Part shown: piece by piece, positions 26,940-39,816 of the stretch | Layout of the letters: every line of letters begins with the position of its first letter | How positions within the stretch are numbered: position 1 is the first letter of the stretch | Assembly (NCBI GenBank): GCA_951406725.2 | Contig: OX597822.1 | Coordinates: forward strand, 22,444,001-22,508,000 | From: Octopus vulgaris | Taxonomy: Eukaryota | DNA: 64,000 nt | Reading direction: 5' to 3' | The notes under the pieces: model-generated | Told to the model about the DNA's origin: nothing | What the model saw: the letters and a program-made list of their open reading frames with translations, nothing else | The model's database searches: none | Program-made: the position numbers and the translations under genes

Positions 26940-27785
26940 TGGATTATGTAGCGAACTTTTTATATAATGGTGTCAATAGCAGACTGTTAATGCAAGGGAG
27001 ATAACCATTTCTTCATAATATTTGATGGGAGAAGAAGCTTGAATTTGAAATTAAGGAATAAGGAAAAAGATTCTTAGAATATATGCGTTTATTTATTATC
27101 ATGTCTACTTATTACAAAGTTCTTAAAATTTCTAGCCAAGGGTAATCTTGCATAAAACAGTTTCATTCATCAGAATGGCATAAACTGAGGTTTGGAAAAT
27201 AATGACAGTATGGGAGAAATTCAGGAAATTTATGTCTTTATGATTTTCTCTTTAGACAGATCGACTATTAATAGTTTTTACATATATCTGGCTAAATACT
27301 GATGAAAAAAACAATAGAGAAGAAATTTATGTACATTTTTGTCTAATATAGGTAAAAATAAATGAGCTAATAGAACCTCTTTACAGTAAGAGATAGCAGC
27401 AACTCTGCCTTAGTCATACTTTACAATCTTAAAATGAAAAGCCATTGAATAAGGTAGGCACTGATATACATATCAAAAAATTGGTTGGTCATGTATGGAA
27501 TGGCATTGAGCATAGATCTTCTTGAACAAGCTTGACAATGGACATAAAGAACACCACCATAGAGGGGTATAATTCAAATAAAGTCTTCATTTACTGAACA
27601 CAAAAAGGTAAGATTAATCGCCATTCTGTTTTTGCAAACCTCCCAAAGTTTGATACAAGAAACTCTTGTACTGTACGTATTTCTACAAGCTGTTAGCTTA
27701 ATTTTGAAACATAAGATATCTTCATAAATCTTTGATCAATGTTTGCATTCTGTTTAAAAATAATACACACACACACTCTCAAATA

Positions 27786-29950
27786 TACATATACATACAT
27801 ACATGATGGCCATCCACTCGTGACCAAGGAAGACCATTGCTGACCTTCAGGAACATTGTGCGCTCTAGGACTAACTTATATTTTGTATTTGCAGCTCTGT
27901 TGGTGGCTAATGATCCCTGCTCTTGACAAGCATACACAACTGCAAACATTGCAAACCAAGCTTTCACCATTCTCTACACCAGTGTACTTTTGAGCAGCAT
28001 GCTTAAGTTCTTCATGCAGAATACGTGCTCTCTCAAAGGTGTTGACCCCCTCCTTAACCTGCTTCCTCCATCTGTGATGATGACAGGCATTGTTCTCCCA
28101 GTCAGTCTCCTGCATATCACAGGCCTTTAAAGAGGACTTGACACAATCCTTAAATCACAGCCTTTGTTTCTGCCAGGGTCTCTTTCCACTAAAATGTTCC
28201 CCATATAGGATCTGTTTAGGGATCCTGCTATCCTTCATACTAATAAGGTGTCCATAACTGGTGCCTGTGCACTATCACCTCAATACCCAAGATATCAGCT
28301 TTTCTCAGGACCTGTGCATCTGGAGTTTTTAAAGTCCAGCCAACATTAAGAATTTGTCTCAAACATCTCTGATGAAGGCGTTCAAGGACCCTTAAATGAT
28401 GTTTGTAAAGGGTTCATGTTTCACATGAATAAAGGAGTGATGCCAGTACACATGCACAGTACACAGCAACTTTTGCTTGCCTTGTGATGCCATGCTGGGA
28501 CTAGACACGAGACTCAAGAGACTGGAAGGAATCAGTTGCTTTCTGCAGCCTGAAAGAAATTTCATCATCCAGGGAGCAAGAATGGCTGAGTGTGCTGCCC
28601 AGAATTGTTCCTTCAACCAAGATAGCTGATCCCACATATGGATTTCCTGGTGCAGGCTGAAATATTACAACAGTCTTGTCCAGGTTGATGCTGAGTGTTG
28701 ATGCCTTGCAAGAAGCAGAAATACGATTCTTAAATATTTGCATGTCATCCACTGTATTAGTGACTAAGTCACAGTCATCTGCATAAATGAGATCATGAAT
28801 AAAAGACTGGACAACTTTTGAATTGGCAGCAAATCAGCAGAGGTTAAAGGGGTGGCCAGAAGATCAATACTTGACATATATTCCCAGAGAGCTAACCTTA
28901 GCAAAAACATGAGTAAAAGCAGCAGCAAAGTACAAAGAAAAGAGAGTTGGGGCAAGGATGTAACCCTGCTTGACACCAGTCTTTACAGGAATGGATCCCT
29001 CCATATCACCACCAACATTGACCCAAGCCTCCATCCTATCATGAAATGATTTAATTATAGATACAGAGTGATCTGGACATCCAAGTTTGCAAAGTATTTT
29101 CCATAGCAAGGCTGTATTCACAGCATCAAAGGCCTACATTAGATCAATGAATACCTGAACAAGATCCATATTCTGCTCATAGCACTTCTGCATCTGTCTT
29201 ACTCTGAAAATCATATCCATTGTCCCTCTACCACATTGGTAGCCACATTGAGATTCAGATAGGACATCATTTTGAGACACCCATTCAGGTGGGTAAGAAG
29301 AATATTTGCCAGTGCCTTGCCAGCAGGTGATAGACGAGCAATATCTCTGTAGTTAGCACACATTGTTCTGGCTCCTTTTCCTTTATAGAGAGGAAGAATA
29401 ATTGCATCCTTCCAGTCTTTAGGCATTGCACCATCCCTCCAGACTACTTTTATAGTTAATGAAGGGACTGTATGATGTCATCACCACCAAATTGCAAGAC
29501 CTCAACACAAATTCCGTCCCTTCCAGGTGCCCTACCAAGATTCAGTTTACTCATTGCTCTCATTACCTCATCTATTGAGTGCATGGAATTTAAGGAGCCA
29601 ATGATAGGTCTTTGTTGCATAGTATCAATCACTGTTTCCTCCACAACTGACTCATGGTTTAGGAGTTCAGAGAAGTGTTTGATCCAGTAACCTGTGATTT
29701 CTGTTGATTTAGTAAATAGAGTAGAAAGATTCCTTGGAAAGCAAAGGAAATGATGTGGAGCTCTTCGGCCCATAAACTTGCTTCATAAGATGGTAAAGCT
29801 TCTTGCTGTCATTTGATCCTCCTACCAAGTGTTCTGCATCTTCCTGAGAGATCGCTGCTATAGGGATTTTGCACTGCTATAGTGGGCAAGTGCTAGATTT
29901 CACTGCACAGCTGAAAGTTTTCTGTGCAGCAATACATTGTGGGCATGACT
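27786..29950 (-). mobile_element. 5'-truncated RTE-clade (BovB-like) LINE, pseudogenised RT
   Basis: RAPGRDGI, PKDWKDAIILPLYKGKG...NYRDI, GVKQGYILAPTLF, YADD (28774-28785), C-terminal CxxC-x12-H finger (CNVCSCVCLSRAGIISH) and an (ATGT)n tail. Confidence 0.93.
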
Positions 29951-29983
29951 CATTTAACATCCATTGTCCATCCTGGCATGGGT

Positions 29984-30205
29984 ATTGTTGCTAAGTAGGA
30001 CTAAGGATACCAAAGTGCCTACATTGCTAGAAATAAGAGTTAAAATGCTCTTAATGGTGTAGTATAAGCACAAAATGTATATACACATGATGACAGGGGA
30101 GGCAACTGCCCCATGACCATGCCTCCCATCAGCATTAAGAGTGTTTTAACTCTTATTTCTGGCAATGTAGATGCTTCAGCATCCTTAGTCACACTTAGTG
30201 ATGAT
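29984..30205. repeat. Fold-back/MITE-like element with about 72-bp inverted arms
   Basis: 29984-30056 pairs with 30134-30205. Many mismatches are reciprocal CpG decay (attgttgctaag / cttagtgatgat). Confidence 0.8.
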
Positions 30206-30239
30206 TAAATTTTTTCTTTATGGTATCACATTGCAATGG

Positions 30240-30637
30240 CTCTTTTACTCTTTTACTCTTTTATTTGTTTCAGTCATTTGACTACAGCCATGCTGGAGCA
30301 CCACCTTTAGTCGGCAAATCGACCCAAGGACTTATTCTTTGTAAGCCTAGTTTACCATCTTATCGGTCTCTTTTGCCAAACCGCTAAGTGACGGGGACAT
30401 AAACACACCAGCATCGGTTGTCAGGTGATGTTGGGGGACACACAGACACAAATATATATACACATATACATATATACGACGGGCTTCTTTCAGTTTCCGT
30501 CTACCAAATCCACTCACAAGGCTTTGGTCGGCCTGAAGCTATAGTAGAAGACACTTGCCCAAGGTGCCACGCAGTGGGACTTGAACCCGGAACCATGTGG
30601 TTGGTAAGCAAGCTACTTACCACACAGCCACTCCGGC
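30240..30637 (-). mobile_element. SINE family A, full length
   Basis: Reverse complement of the 6300-6715 consensus. Confidence 0.92.
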
Positions 30638-30754
30638 TGTTTATATTTATAAAATACATCAAGTTCAGGACATCACCAACGAGTGAAAATTATGTAGACA
30701 CATGAGCAATAAGTACAGGACAAATTACCGTAATTTGGTAATTTACAGAGATTT

Positions 30755-31845
30755 TGTGCTCTGTAATGAAGATAAACTTACAATATATAAGCAAAAAACG
30801 CATATACATACTGATAAATTTTGCGTACAGATACCAATACATACATGCACTTCCTGCATATATATTACATCTAATTACCCATGTAACGTGTTCCCGGGAA
30901 ATGCATGTATATATTGGTATCTGTATGCAAAAATTTATCAGTATGTATATGTATTTTTTGCTTATATATTGTTGGTTTAGCACTACAGAGGAATACAAAG
31001 AAATCTTCATTACAGAGCGCTAAAAATTTAAAGATACAGGATTATCCAAAATTTGTAAATCTTCTTGCTCATTTCATAGCATTTGGCCTTGGGTTATAAA
31101 CAGAGAACAAATTTAGAGTGGATTGTAGGTATTTGACATTTACTTCTAGCATATAGTAGCTGACATTCTAGTGCCACTAATTATAATTATATTTTTATAA
31201 TTATATACTTAAAAATTAATTTTACTGATATGGTCAATTTTTTATACGCTAGCCACTGATGTAATCCTGTTAATGATTATATCCTCAATTTATAAGTATA
31301 AATAATTTTGAGTTTTCTAATCATTATACCATGCTGCTAAATGATTTCTGACATTAACAGCATGGCCAAGATGGGTGATTAGATGTAATGTATACGCGGA
31401 AAATGCATGTATATAGGCGCAGGAGTGGCTGTGTGGCAAGTGTCTTCTACTATGGCCTCGAGCCGACCAAAGCCTTGTGAGTGGATTTGGTAGACGGAAA
31501 CTGAAAGAAGCTCGTCGTATATATGTATATATATGTATATATGTGTGTGTGTGAGTTTGTATATCTGTGTTTGTCCCTCCAACATCGCATGACAACCGAT
31601 GCTGGTGTGTTTATGTCCCCGTCACTTAGCAGTTCGGCAAAGAGACCGATAGAATAAGTACTGAACTTACAAAGAATAAGTCCCAGGGCCGAGTTGCTCG
31701 ATTAAAGGCTGTGCTCCAGCATGGCCGCCGTCAAATGACTAAAACAAGTAGAAGAGTAAGAGTAAAAGAGTATGTATTGGTACCTGTATGCAAAAATTTA
31801 TTGGTATGTATATGTATTTTTTGCTTATATATAATTTGTTTATCT
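30755..31845. mobile_element. Complex inverted-repeat element (three copies of one arm), interrupted by SINE A
   Basis: 30780-30855 inverts to 30897-30972 and again to 31373-31412 plus 31771-31845. ctctgtaatgaagat (30759-30773) inverts to 31003-31017. Confidence 0.7.
31413..31771 (+). mobile_element. SINE family A with a deletion in the tRNA head
   Basis: ggcgcaggagtggctgtgtgg joins directly to caagtgtcttc, so box B is lost. The remainder is canonical. Confidence 0.9.
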
Positions 31846-34039
31846 CTAACATTAAGAAGCATTAAAGAACATTAAGAAGCATTAAAGAGATGAAGATGAA
31901 ATTGTGTTTGTCAATGACCAATCATATTTTCATTAACTGGCAAAGCAAGAGAGTGAAAGCTGTTTTCACTTTATTCTGACCTCTTCAACAAAATATTGCC
32001 TTCACTATACTGTACAGCTATATAATAATGAAAGATTTGTTAAGTGAATATCTATTTATTCTGCATGAAAACACAATAGTCAAGTTACTGATCACATCTA
32101 AAATGCATTTCCCCATACAGTAATCTCTGTTTCCCATTAGCTTTGATGATGTTCATTCTCACATTGTGTTTCTGCCAATAGTATCAATAGAATTGGAAGG
32201 TGTTTGTCATTTATAAAGAAGTAGAAATCTTCAAAGTATAACTAGGAAAACAAAATAAACTGGGCATCCCTTGGCAGAAACAATGCCGTTAACCAGTGCT
32301 AGAGGGAACAATGCATTCAGAAAGCACTGAAACTATTGTGATCTCCAAATGGTGAATGGAACATCCTGCAGTGTCTATTGAGAGCTGTACGTTTCTATAT
32401 TAGTCGCAGACAAAAATAAGTACATGACAGATGATGTATGAATTTGTGAAAATTTAAATTTCAGTGATAATGTTAGCAACAATCACGTCGACTATGCCTT
32501 CTGTAGAAAGGCAGCACCACACACAACCATCCTTTCATCCCTGAACATGACTATGAAGATCTAGATGGATAAAGGAACTTCAATTTTTTTACACAAAAGC
32601 TAGAAATTTCATATTGAATAAAAATCACAACAGTAACAATAAAACTAGAATACAGTTATGTTTTTGATAAGAAAGAAAATTACAAGGTTGGAAGGACAGA
32701 CAGATTGATGAATGGGTAGATTGACAGACAGATGAGTAAGTTAATTGGCATATAAATAACTAGAGAGATAATCGACAAATATCTGGAGTGAGAGAGACAG
32801 ATAGCCGGATGGAGAGATGGAGAGATTGATAGGACAGACAGAGAGATAGACAGGCAGGTAGGTAGACAGATGGACAGACAGATGGACGGATGGATGGACA
32901 AATGGACAGACAGATGGATGGATGTATAGATAGATGGATGTATAGATAGATGGGTAGATATACTAAAACAAATCACATGTACACTCTTCATTCATCACAA
33001 ATGGTAACTTTTACACAAATGTGAATACTCATAAATTTATTCACACATTGCTAAGTAATGTAAAAGTATGAGGAAGTGGGAACATATTGAGAATGAAACA
33101 ATTCCCAGCTCCTACTAAACAGCACTTCTGACCAGTTTCCAAAACACGAACCAAACTATGGAGCCGCAAAACTGATATAAGTGATAACACCATCCCCAAA
33201 CAGAATTGCACCATAAATACAAATCGTCTATAATTTATAAAATGGCATGGCAGTAATGAAGGCAGCTGTGATGGTGGTGCTGGAGATTTTGGTAATAGTG
33301 TAGGTGGTACTGAATATAATAGAAACAGTTGTGGTAACACAATAGCATTTATTCCACACTCTAATACTCCAGTAAAAACTCTCCCGACTCATCCTACCAA
33401 ACCTAATTTTTTTTAAAACTTTTTTTTTTTAGTAGTAGTGTTGTTGTAGCTTTTTGACATGAAATTGCCATGAAATATTTATTTATTCTGAGGATGATAG
33501 CTGAAAAATCTATACCACACCAATACCATTACCAAAGCCAAAACAACAAAAAAAAACTTACAAAACTAAAACCATCATCACTATTATCATTATTAAGATC
33601 ATTATTATTGATCACATTATTGGCAGTGGTGGTGGTGGTGGTGGCGGTAGTGGTATTAATATAATAATTTGTGTTTGGTAGTGGGGAGAAAAATAATTTT
33701 GATTACCAAATTATTCTATAATGTTTATGAATATCATGCCATTTTTTATTTCAATTTCATGTATATATTAATATATACACACACATAAACACTCACAAAT
33801 CACCATTTTACGCACTGAAGATAATGGGATATATATGGGGGGGGGGACGCACATACATACATACATACATACACACACACGCACAATTTTTTTTCATGCA
33901 ATTAAGTAGAAAGACAGATAGATTGGTAAGACAAACAAGAGAAAACAGAACTTGACAGACTCAAGAGCTAATCTCACCCTTCAAATCACATTCTGGAAAT
34001 TTTCTGCTGATGGAAAAGTAAAAATAAAAATCATGTGCG

Positions 34040-34074
34040 TGTATATGTATGTGTATATATATATATATATATAT

Positions 34075-34151
<77 letters not shown>

Positions 34152-34265
34152 CAGACAGATGGAAAGATAGACAGATAGATAGAAGATAGATAGATAAATA
34201 CACAATACATACATACATATATACATACATATGTACATACATACATACATAAATAAACACATACA
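34040..34265. repeat. (TA)n-(GATA)n-(CATA)n compound microsatellite
   Basis: Direct inspection. Confidence 0.95.
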
Positions 34266-34729
34266 TATTATATACTGTGAATCAGAATAGAATCAACATC
34301 TACTTTTCCACACTTACATGAGTCTGATAAGACATTGTTAAGTTAGAATTTCTATGAATTTCTACTATTCCTGGCACCAACACTCACCAGTTTTCAAGGG
34401 GACATGCTTTTGCAAAATATCGTAACATGCACACACACATTGTATCATCATTATATTCGCTGTTTAGTGTCCATGGTTGTGCGAGTCAAATGGAATTTGT
34501 CAAAGGGTTTTTAAAGCTGGATACCTTTTCTGCTGTGAACCCGTTTTGCAAGTTACATATCTCTCTTTGGCCAAAGATATTCTCATTAGATAAGTGGAAA
34601 TGAACAACATTGCTCTATGCTGATGACTGACATGCTCATTTACAGTCATGTTGAAACAAAGGGAGAGTGTATATATATGTGTGTGTGTGTATATATATTT
34701 AGATAGATAGATAATAGACAGACATACTA

Positions 34730-34745
34730 AAAGAAACCCATTATA

Positions 34746-34781
<36 letters not shown>

Positions 34782-35045
34782 TGTGTGTATGTATGTGTGT
34801 ATGTATGTATGTGTGTTTGTATGTGTGTATGTGTTTGTGTGTCTGTGTTTGTCACCCCAACATCGCTCTTGACAACCAATGCTAGTGTGTTTACATCCCC
34901 GTAATTTAGCAGTTCGGCAAAAGAGACTGATAGAATAAGTACTAGGCATAGAAAGAATGAGTCCTGGGGTCAATTTGTTTGACTAAAGGTGGTGTCACAG
35001 GCCACAGTCAAATGACTGAAACAAGTAAAAAAGTAAAAGAACAAA
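34730..35045 (+). mobile_element. 3' half of SINE family A
   Basis: aaagaaaccc, microsatellite, tgtttgtcacccc...gactgaaacaagtaaaa. Confidence 0.85.
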
Positions 35046-35046
35046 A

Positions 35047-35095
<49 letters not shown>

Positions 35096-35096
<1 letters not shown>

Positions 35097-35290
35097 GCCA
35101 TGATAGATCATTAGCCACCACACACATTTTTTTCTTTCCTTGTTTCTTTCAGTGTTCCTTTCTGTCGAAGAGCGTAGGCTCGAAATGTAAAAGACTTTTT
35201 CTATTTCTATTCCTGAGCGCTAAACTAATACATTTGTTTGTTTGTACTCCACCTGCCTTCGTTTTTTGTTTATTTTCATAAACTTTCCCG

Positions 35291-35292
<2 letters not shown>
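35096..35292 (+). mobile_element. Short Penelope-like terminal-repeat fragment within (TA)n, with a hammerhead-like motif
   Basis: Flanked on both sides by (TA)n. Motif at 35158-35193. Confidence 0.55.
35158..35193 (+). ncRNA. Variant/degenerate minimal hammerhead
   Basis: CUUU CUGUCGA A GAGC guag GCUC GAAA U GUA AAAG: stem I CUUU/AAAG and a perfect stem II. Core A6 is U, and GAAAC has become GAAAU (CpG decay). Confidence 0.55.
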
Positions 35293-35323
<31 letters not shown>

Positions 35324-35769
35324 TATGACAGTATAATTAGAGTATAATTATAATTAGAGTTCAAATACAAATGCGACTAAGTGTTAACATGTTTAATACA
35401 GAGAACATTAAGAAGCATTAAAGAGATGAAGATGAAATTGTGTATAAGTAGGAAAAATTGAACTCAAAACATGAATATATTTTTTATTTAGCAGAAGTAA
35501 CAGAGTGACTCAGGGTGAAAGCGTTTGGTGTCCATCAGGGGGCACCACCTCGAAAAATTTTTAATCAAATGTATTGACCCCAGTGAATATTTTTTTAAAG
35601 CCAAGTATTTATTCTATCAGCCTCTTTTGCAGAACTACTAAGTTACAGGAAAGTAAACACACCTATACCAGATGTCAAGAAGTGGTGGGAGGCACAAATA
35701 CAGACACACACACACTTACACATGCACGCACACACACATATATAATAATATAAATAACATAAATATATG

Positions 35770-36695
35770 CATATATACATACATATATGTACATACCTAC
35801 ATATATATGTATATATTATATACATACATGGGTACAGGACATAAAAAAAAACGTAGGCAAAATGAGAAACAAGAACATAAAAAATAAAAACATAGAAGAT
35901 GAACATTTTTCAAACAATGAAAAATAAACAGAGAAACGAGACATGCAACATAAAGAACATTCCCTTCATGAGTTGTCCCCTATTTTATCTACTCTGTGTT
36001 TCAAAGGTAAGGACAAGACGCAACATCATTAAAACAGTCCTTCCTGCAAAGCAAATTAAATAAAATTCGGGATTTTTTGTGGAGGGTGAAAGTGGTAACA
36101 AAAATACAACATTGAGAACAAAACAGTAAAAACAAACGGTGAAGGCTGTTAAGCCAAGACGATGTGAAGTGGTGAACACTGGAAAAATGAGCCTTGAGAA
36201 GAGACAGATAAAAGCACATCTTGTTTTAAGGAAGGAAGTGGAAGAAAGAAAGATTCATGGTTGTTGGTCACGTGTGATCAACGAGAGAGTCAAGAGGGAA
36301 GACAGAGAGAGAGGAAACGGTGAAGGGGAGAGGAGAAGAATAGGGAAAGGGTGGGGGAGAAAAACAGAAAGGAAGAAGAACAAGAGAGGGAGATAGATAG
36401 AAAAGAGATAGAATAAGAGTACGCATAGTAATTATTAAGATAAAACTTACTTGGAAAAAGGATGCATGGCACTCGATCCTAAAATAATATAAATAATATA
36501 TAAATATATGCATATATACGTTTTTATATGTACATACCTACATATATATGTATGTATACATGTATATATTGTTACAGGACATGAAAAAAAAACGTATGCA
36601 AAATGAGAAACGAGAACATAAAATACATAGAAAACGAACTTTTTACAAACAAAGGAAAAACGGAGAAACAAGATGTGTAACATAAAGAACATTCA
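35770..36695 (-). mobile_element. Decayed Penelope-like element with about 180-bp direct terminal repeats
   Basis: 35787-35962 is repeated at 36528-36694. Between them the minus strand reads HFTSSWLNSLH, reminiscent of the P.GLN motif that ends PLE GIY-YIG ORFs. Confidence 0.5.
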
Positions 36696-37223
36696 TATAC
36701 AGATATTTTGCCCGATGTGCTAACGTTTCTGCCAGCTTGCCACCTTCAAATTACTAATACCTTTAAAAGCACCCCAGACTGGAACCTAGTGCAACTCTCA
36801 TACTTGCCAGCTCTGGTTAAACCATTCAGCCCATGCCAGCATGCAAGAGGGATGTGAAAGGATGATGATGAAAATTTCTAATTTTTTGCTGTCTTTTTTA
36901 GTATAAAACATTTCTTTTAATTTTTCTATGTCAAGAATTCATTTTGTCGTTGTTGCAGAGTTCATCAGTTTCTTCAAAGTTTCCTAGTGCAGTGCCACAT
37001 GTAAAGTTAGATATTATGCTACAAAATTTATAACATGTTTAAAACTGTAGAAGGCAATGATCCAATATTCCTAAAAGTGAGACACTTTACTGTCCTGTTA
37101 TCTTGTTTGTTTGCATTAGGTGTAACTGAGTAGTTGTCCACACCATGTCATATTAACAGTTATTTTGCTCCTTTGATGATAAATAATGAGTTATTCTGAT
37201 CTGTTTTTAATATTCCACCTGCT

Positions 37224-37435
37224 GAAGGCAGTGAGCTGGCAGAATCATTAGCCAAGCAAATTTCTTAGAGGCACTCCATCTGTCTTTACTTTCTTAGTTC
37301 AAATTCTGCCAAAGCTGACCTTGCTTCTCATCCTGTCAGGGTCAATAAAATAAGCACCAATTGAGCACTGGGATTGATGTAATCGACTCACTACCTAACC
37401 TAAAATTGCTGGCCTTGTGCCAAAATTTGAGAGCA
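37224..37435 (+). mobile_element. Old SINE B' copy
   Basis: gaaggcagtgagctggcagaatc...gttcaaattctgcc...aaattgctggccttgtgccaaaatttga. Confidence 0.8.
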
Positions 37436-37796
37436 ATTCCAAAAATTCAGTGTTTTCAAATTGAGTGCCATATTCACTATAAACAAAGCCTGGGACACTG
37501 ATGAGGGGAATAATGAGGATAAACATCAAATGAAAGCTTAAAAAGTTGCTAGAGTTATGGCAATTATGAAAGGGTAATTTGGGTGCTGTTAACGCATTAC
37601 CTATTTTAGTAATTATTTTTCATGCTACAATATCAAGTGACAGCCACTGTTGATAGAATAATTTGGTCAGTTATAAATATGAGGTTTTTATATACATCAC
37701 ACTGTCCAGTTTTCTCTGTGTTGTGTTTTCTTAATGTTGTTGATATTCAAAATTTTTCACTCCAAACCAAAGTTCCATATCTTTGAGAAGTCTTGT

Positions 37797-37835
<39 letters not shown>

Positions 37836-38644
37836 ATGTGAGTGCTCATTATTTGATATCATTTGATTATCTCCAGCAACTTCAGAAATTTTGCTTAAAG
37901 CAGCTGTAGTCAAATTCTTTATTTCCTGTGAGTATTGTATTTCATACATGGGTTTAAGATGTAGTTTCTAACAACACAGTTTAGCACTTTTAATGGTCAA
38001 AAGTAACAAAAAGTAGGTAAGGTTGTCATTCCAGTAAGTGATGGCTATTCTTATGTATCAGTAAAAAGTTAGAATTTTTGCAGTAACAGGTAATGTCACT
38101 TTTTAATTGATTTGTCTCGGACATCTGACTGAACAGCCAGACATTTCTTTCCAATATCATTCAATTGATGTGAATAGAAGCAAATTGGTTACCTATTTTG
38201 CATTATAACAAAACCTATTGATGTTGTTACAGATGCAACCATTTCAACAGGTGGTATGGACCAGGTGTTGACACTGATAATGAAGCCATTACAACACTCC
38301 TTTCAATTTCTTAATTGCATAAAGACATTTGGTCAATAATGAAAGGCATTGATATCTTTTAGCTGCAAATTTCAGTAAAACTTGTCATCCATTTTGAATA
38401 CTATACAATTAACCAAACAAAACATTCAAATTCTTTGGAGACTCCAAGCGGCAGAAGATGAAATAGTGACCACAGTCTGTTGAAATCTGACAGTAACTGG
38501 ATTTCTAAAAAAAATGAAGGTACAGTGTAACTGATTCATTGTTCCTTGTTGACATTTTTAGAGAACTGTAAGAGTTCTTACTACTTTGGCACTTTTGAGA
38601 AAAACTTGCAAATTTTCATAATGGATCCTATTATTTTTTCCACA

Positions 38645-39112
38645 TAGGCACAGGTATGGTCGTATTGTAAGAAATTTGCTTCCCAACCACATGGTTCAGG
38701 GTTCAGTCCCACTGTGTAGCACCTTGGGCAAAAATTTAGATTCAGATGAATATGGTACTTAAGTTAAAGGCACCAGAATTTGGTATGGCATTATCCATAT
38801 AAATAAAATGGGGTGATTATAATCAAAATAAGCAACAAGGATATCCAAAGGTAGTGTAGTACAATAGTTTCATGCTACTTCATTTAATTAAACAATGTAA
38901 GTATTACGTCAGTTTTAAAATGTAGAGCAATCTTCAGCCACATGTGGAATTTTTTAATTAAATTGACAATGTTCATTTTTATACTTATTCCATTTGCCAA
39001 CATTGCAAAGGGGGTAGGTGTATAGACAGAGAGGTGAATTTTATCAGTAAAAACATGGTAGTAGATCTTTACTCATGGGCAGATTTTTTATCACTAATAA
39101 AAAATCTGCCCA

Positions 39113-39173
<61 letters not shown>

Positions 39174-39179
39174 ATGTAT

Positions 39180-39239
<60 letters not shown>

Positions 39240-39306
39240 ATATATATATATGTATATATATATATGTATATATATATGTATATATATATGTATGTATGTA
39301 TGTATG

Positions 39307-39339
<33 letters not shown>

Positions 39340-39530
39340 ATATATACGTATGTGTGAATGTATGTATGTATGTATGTATGTATCTATGTGTGTGTGCATG
39401 TGTACTAAGCTTAAAAAAAGATAAGTCCTTGGGTTGATTTGTTGATTTGTTTGACTAAGAAAACCCTTCAAGGTGGTGCTCCAACATGGCCACAGTCAAA
39501 TTACTGGTGCAAGTAAAAGAATAAAAGCAA
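38645..39530 (+). mobile_element. SINE family A interrupted by a hammerhead-bearing insert (about 38731-39113) and an expanded (TA)n tract
   Basis: Head 38645-38730 ends at accttgggca. The tail resumes at about 39400 (gtactaagctt...ggtggtgctccaacatggccacagtc). Confidence 0.75.
38855..38942 (-). ncRNA. Type I hammerhead ribozyme with extended stem II, intact core
   Basis: Minus strand reads UGUGG CUGAAGA U UGCU...AGCA U GAAAC uauu GUA CUACA: stem I UGUGG/CUACA (one G-U), long imperfect stem II, stem III AC/GU, GUA cleavage triplet. Confidence 0.75.
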
Positions 39531-39816
39531 AGAATATCACTGCATCAAAGTAATTTCTCTCATTACATTGCTAAAATAAAGTACTCCATTTTCTCACTCC
39601 AAAAGAGTTAATGACATCAACATTTTAACATTCATCTTTCCTTGCTTGAATAGACCAGATTGGATTCACAGATGTAGATTTACTATAGCCAAATGCCTTT
39701 CCTGCTCCCAGTCCTCACTTGTTTTTTTAGCAAGATAATATTTCCTTATGGCCAGATGTTTACATGGAAGATTGGAATCCAATGATGCCACTTGTATAAC
39801 ATGACTCTCATTTACA

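Noticed and set aside
27155-27180. Minus-strand CUGAUGA-AU-GAAAC
   Set aside because: No stem II or stem I; likely chance.
37490-37540. cactgatgaggggaat...gaaag
   Set aside because: No complementary strand for stem II and no stem I.
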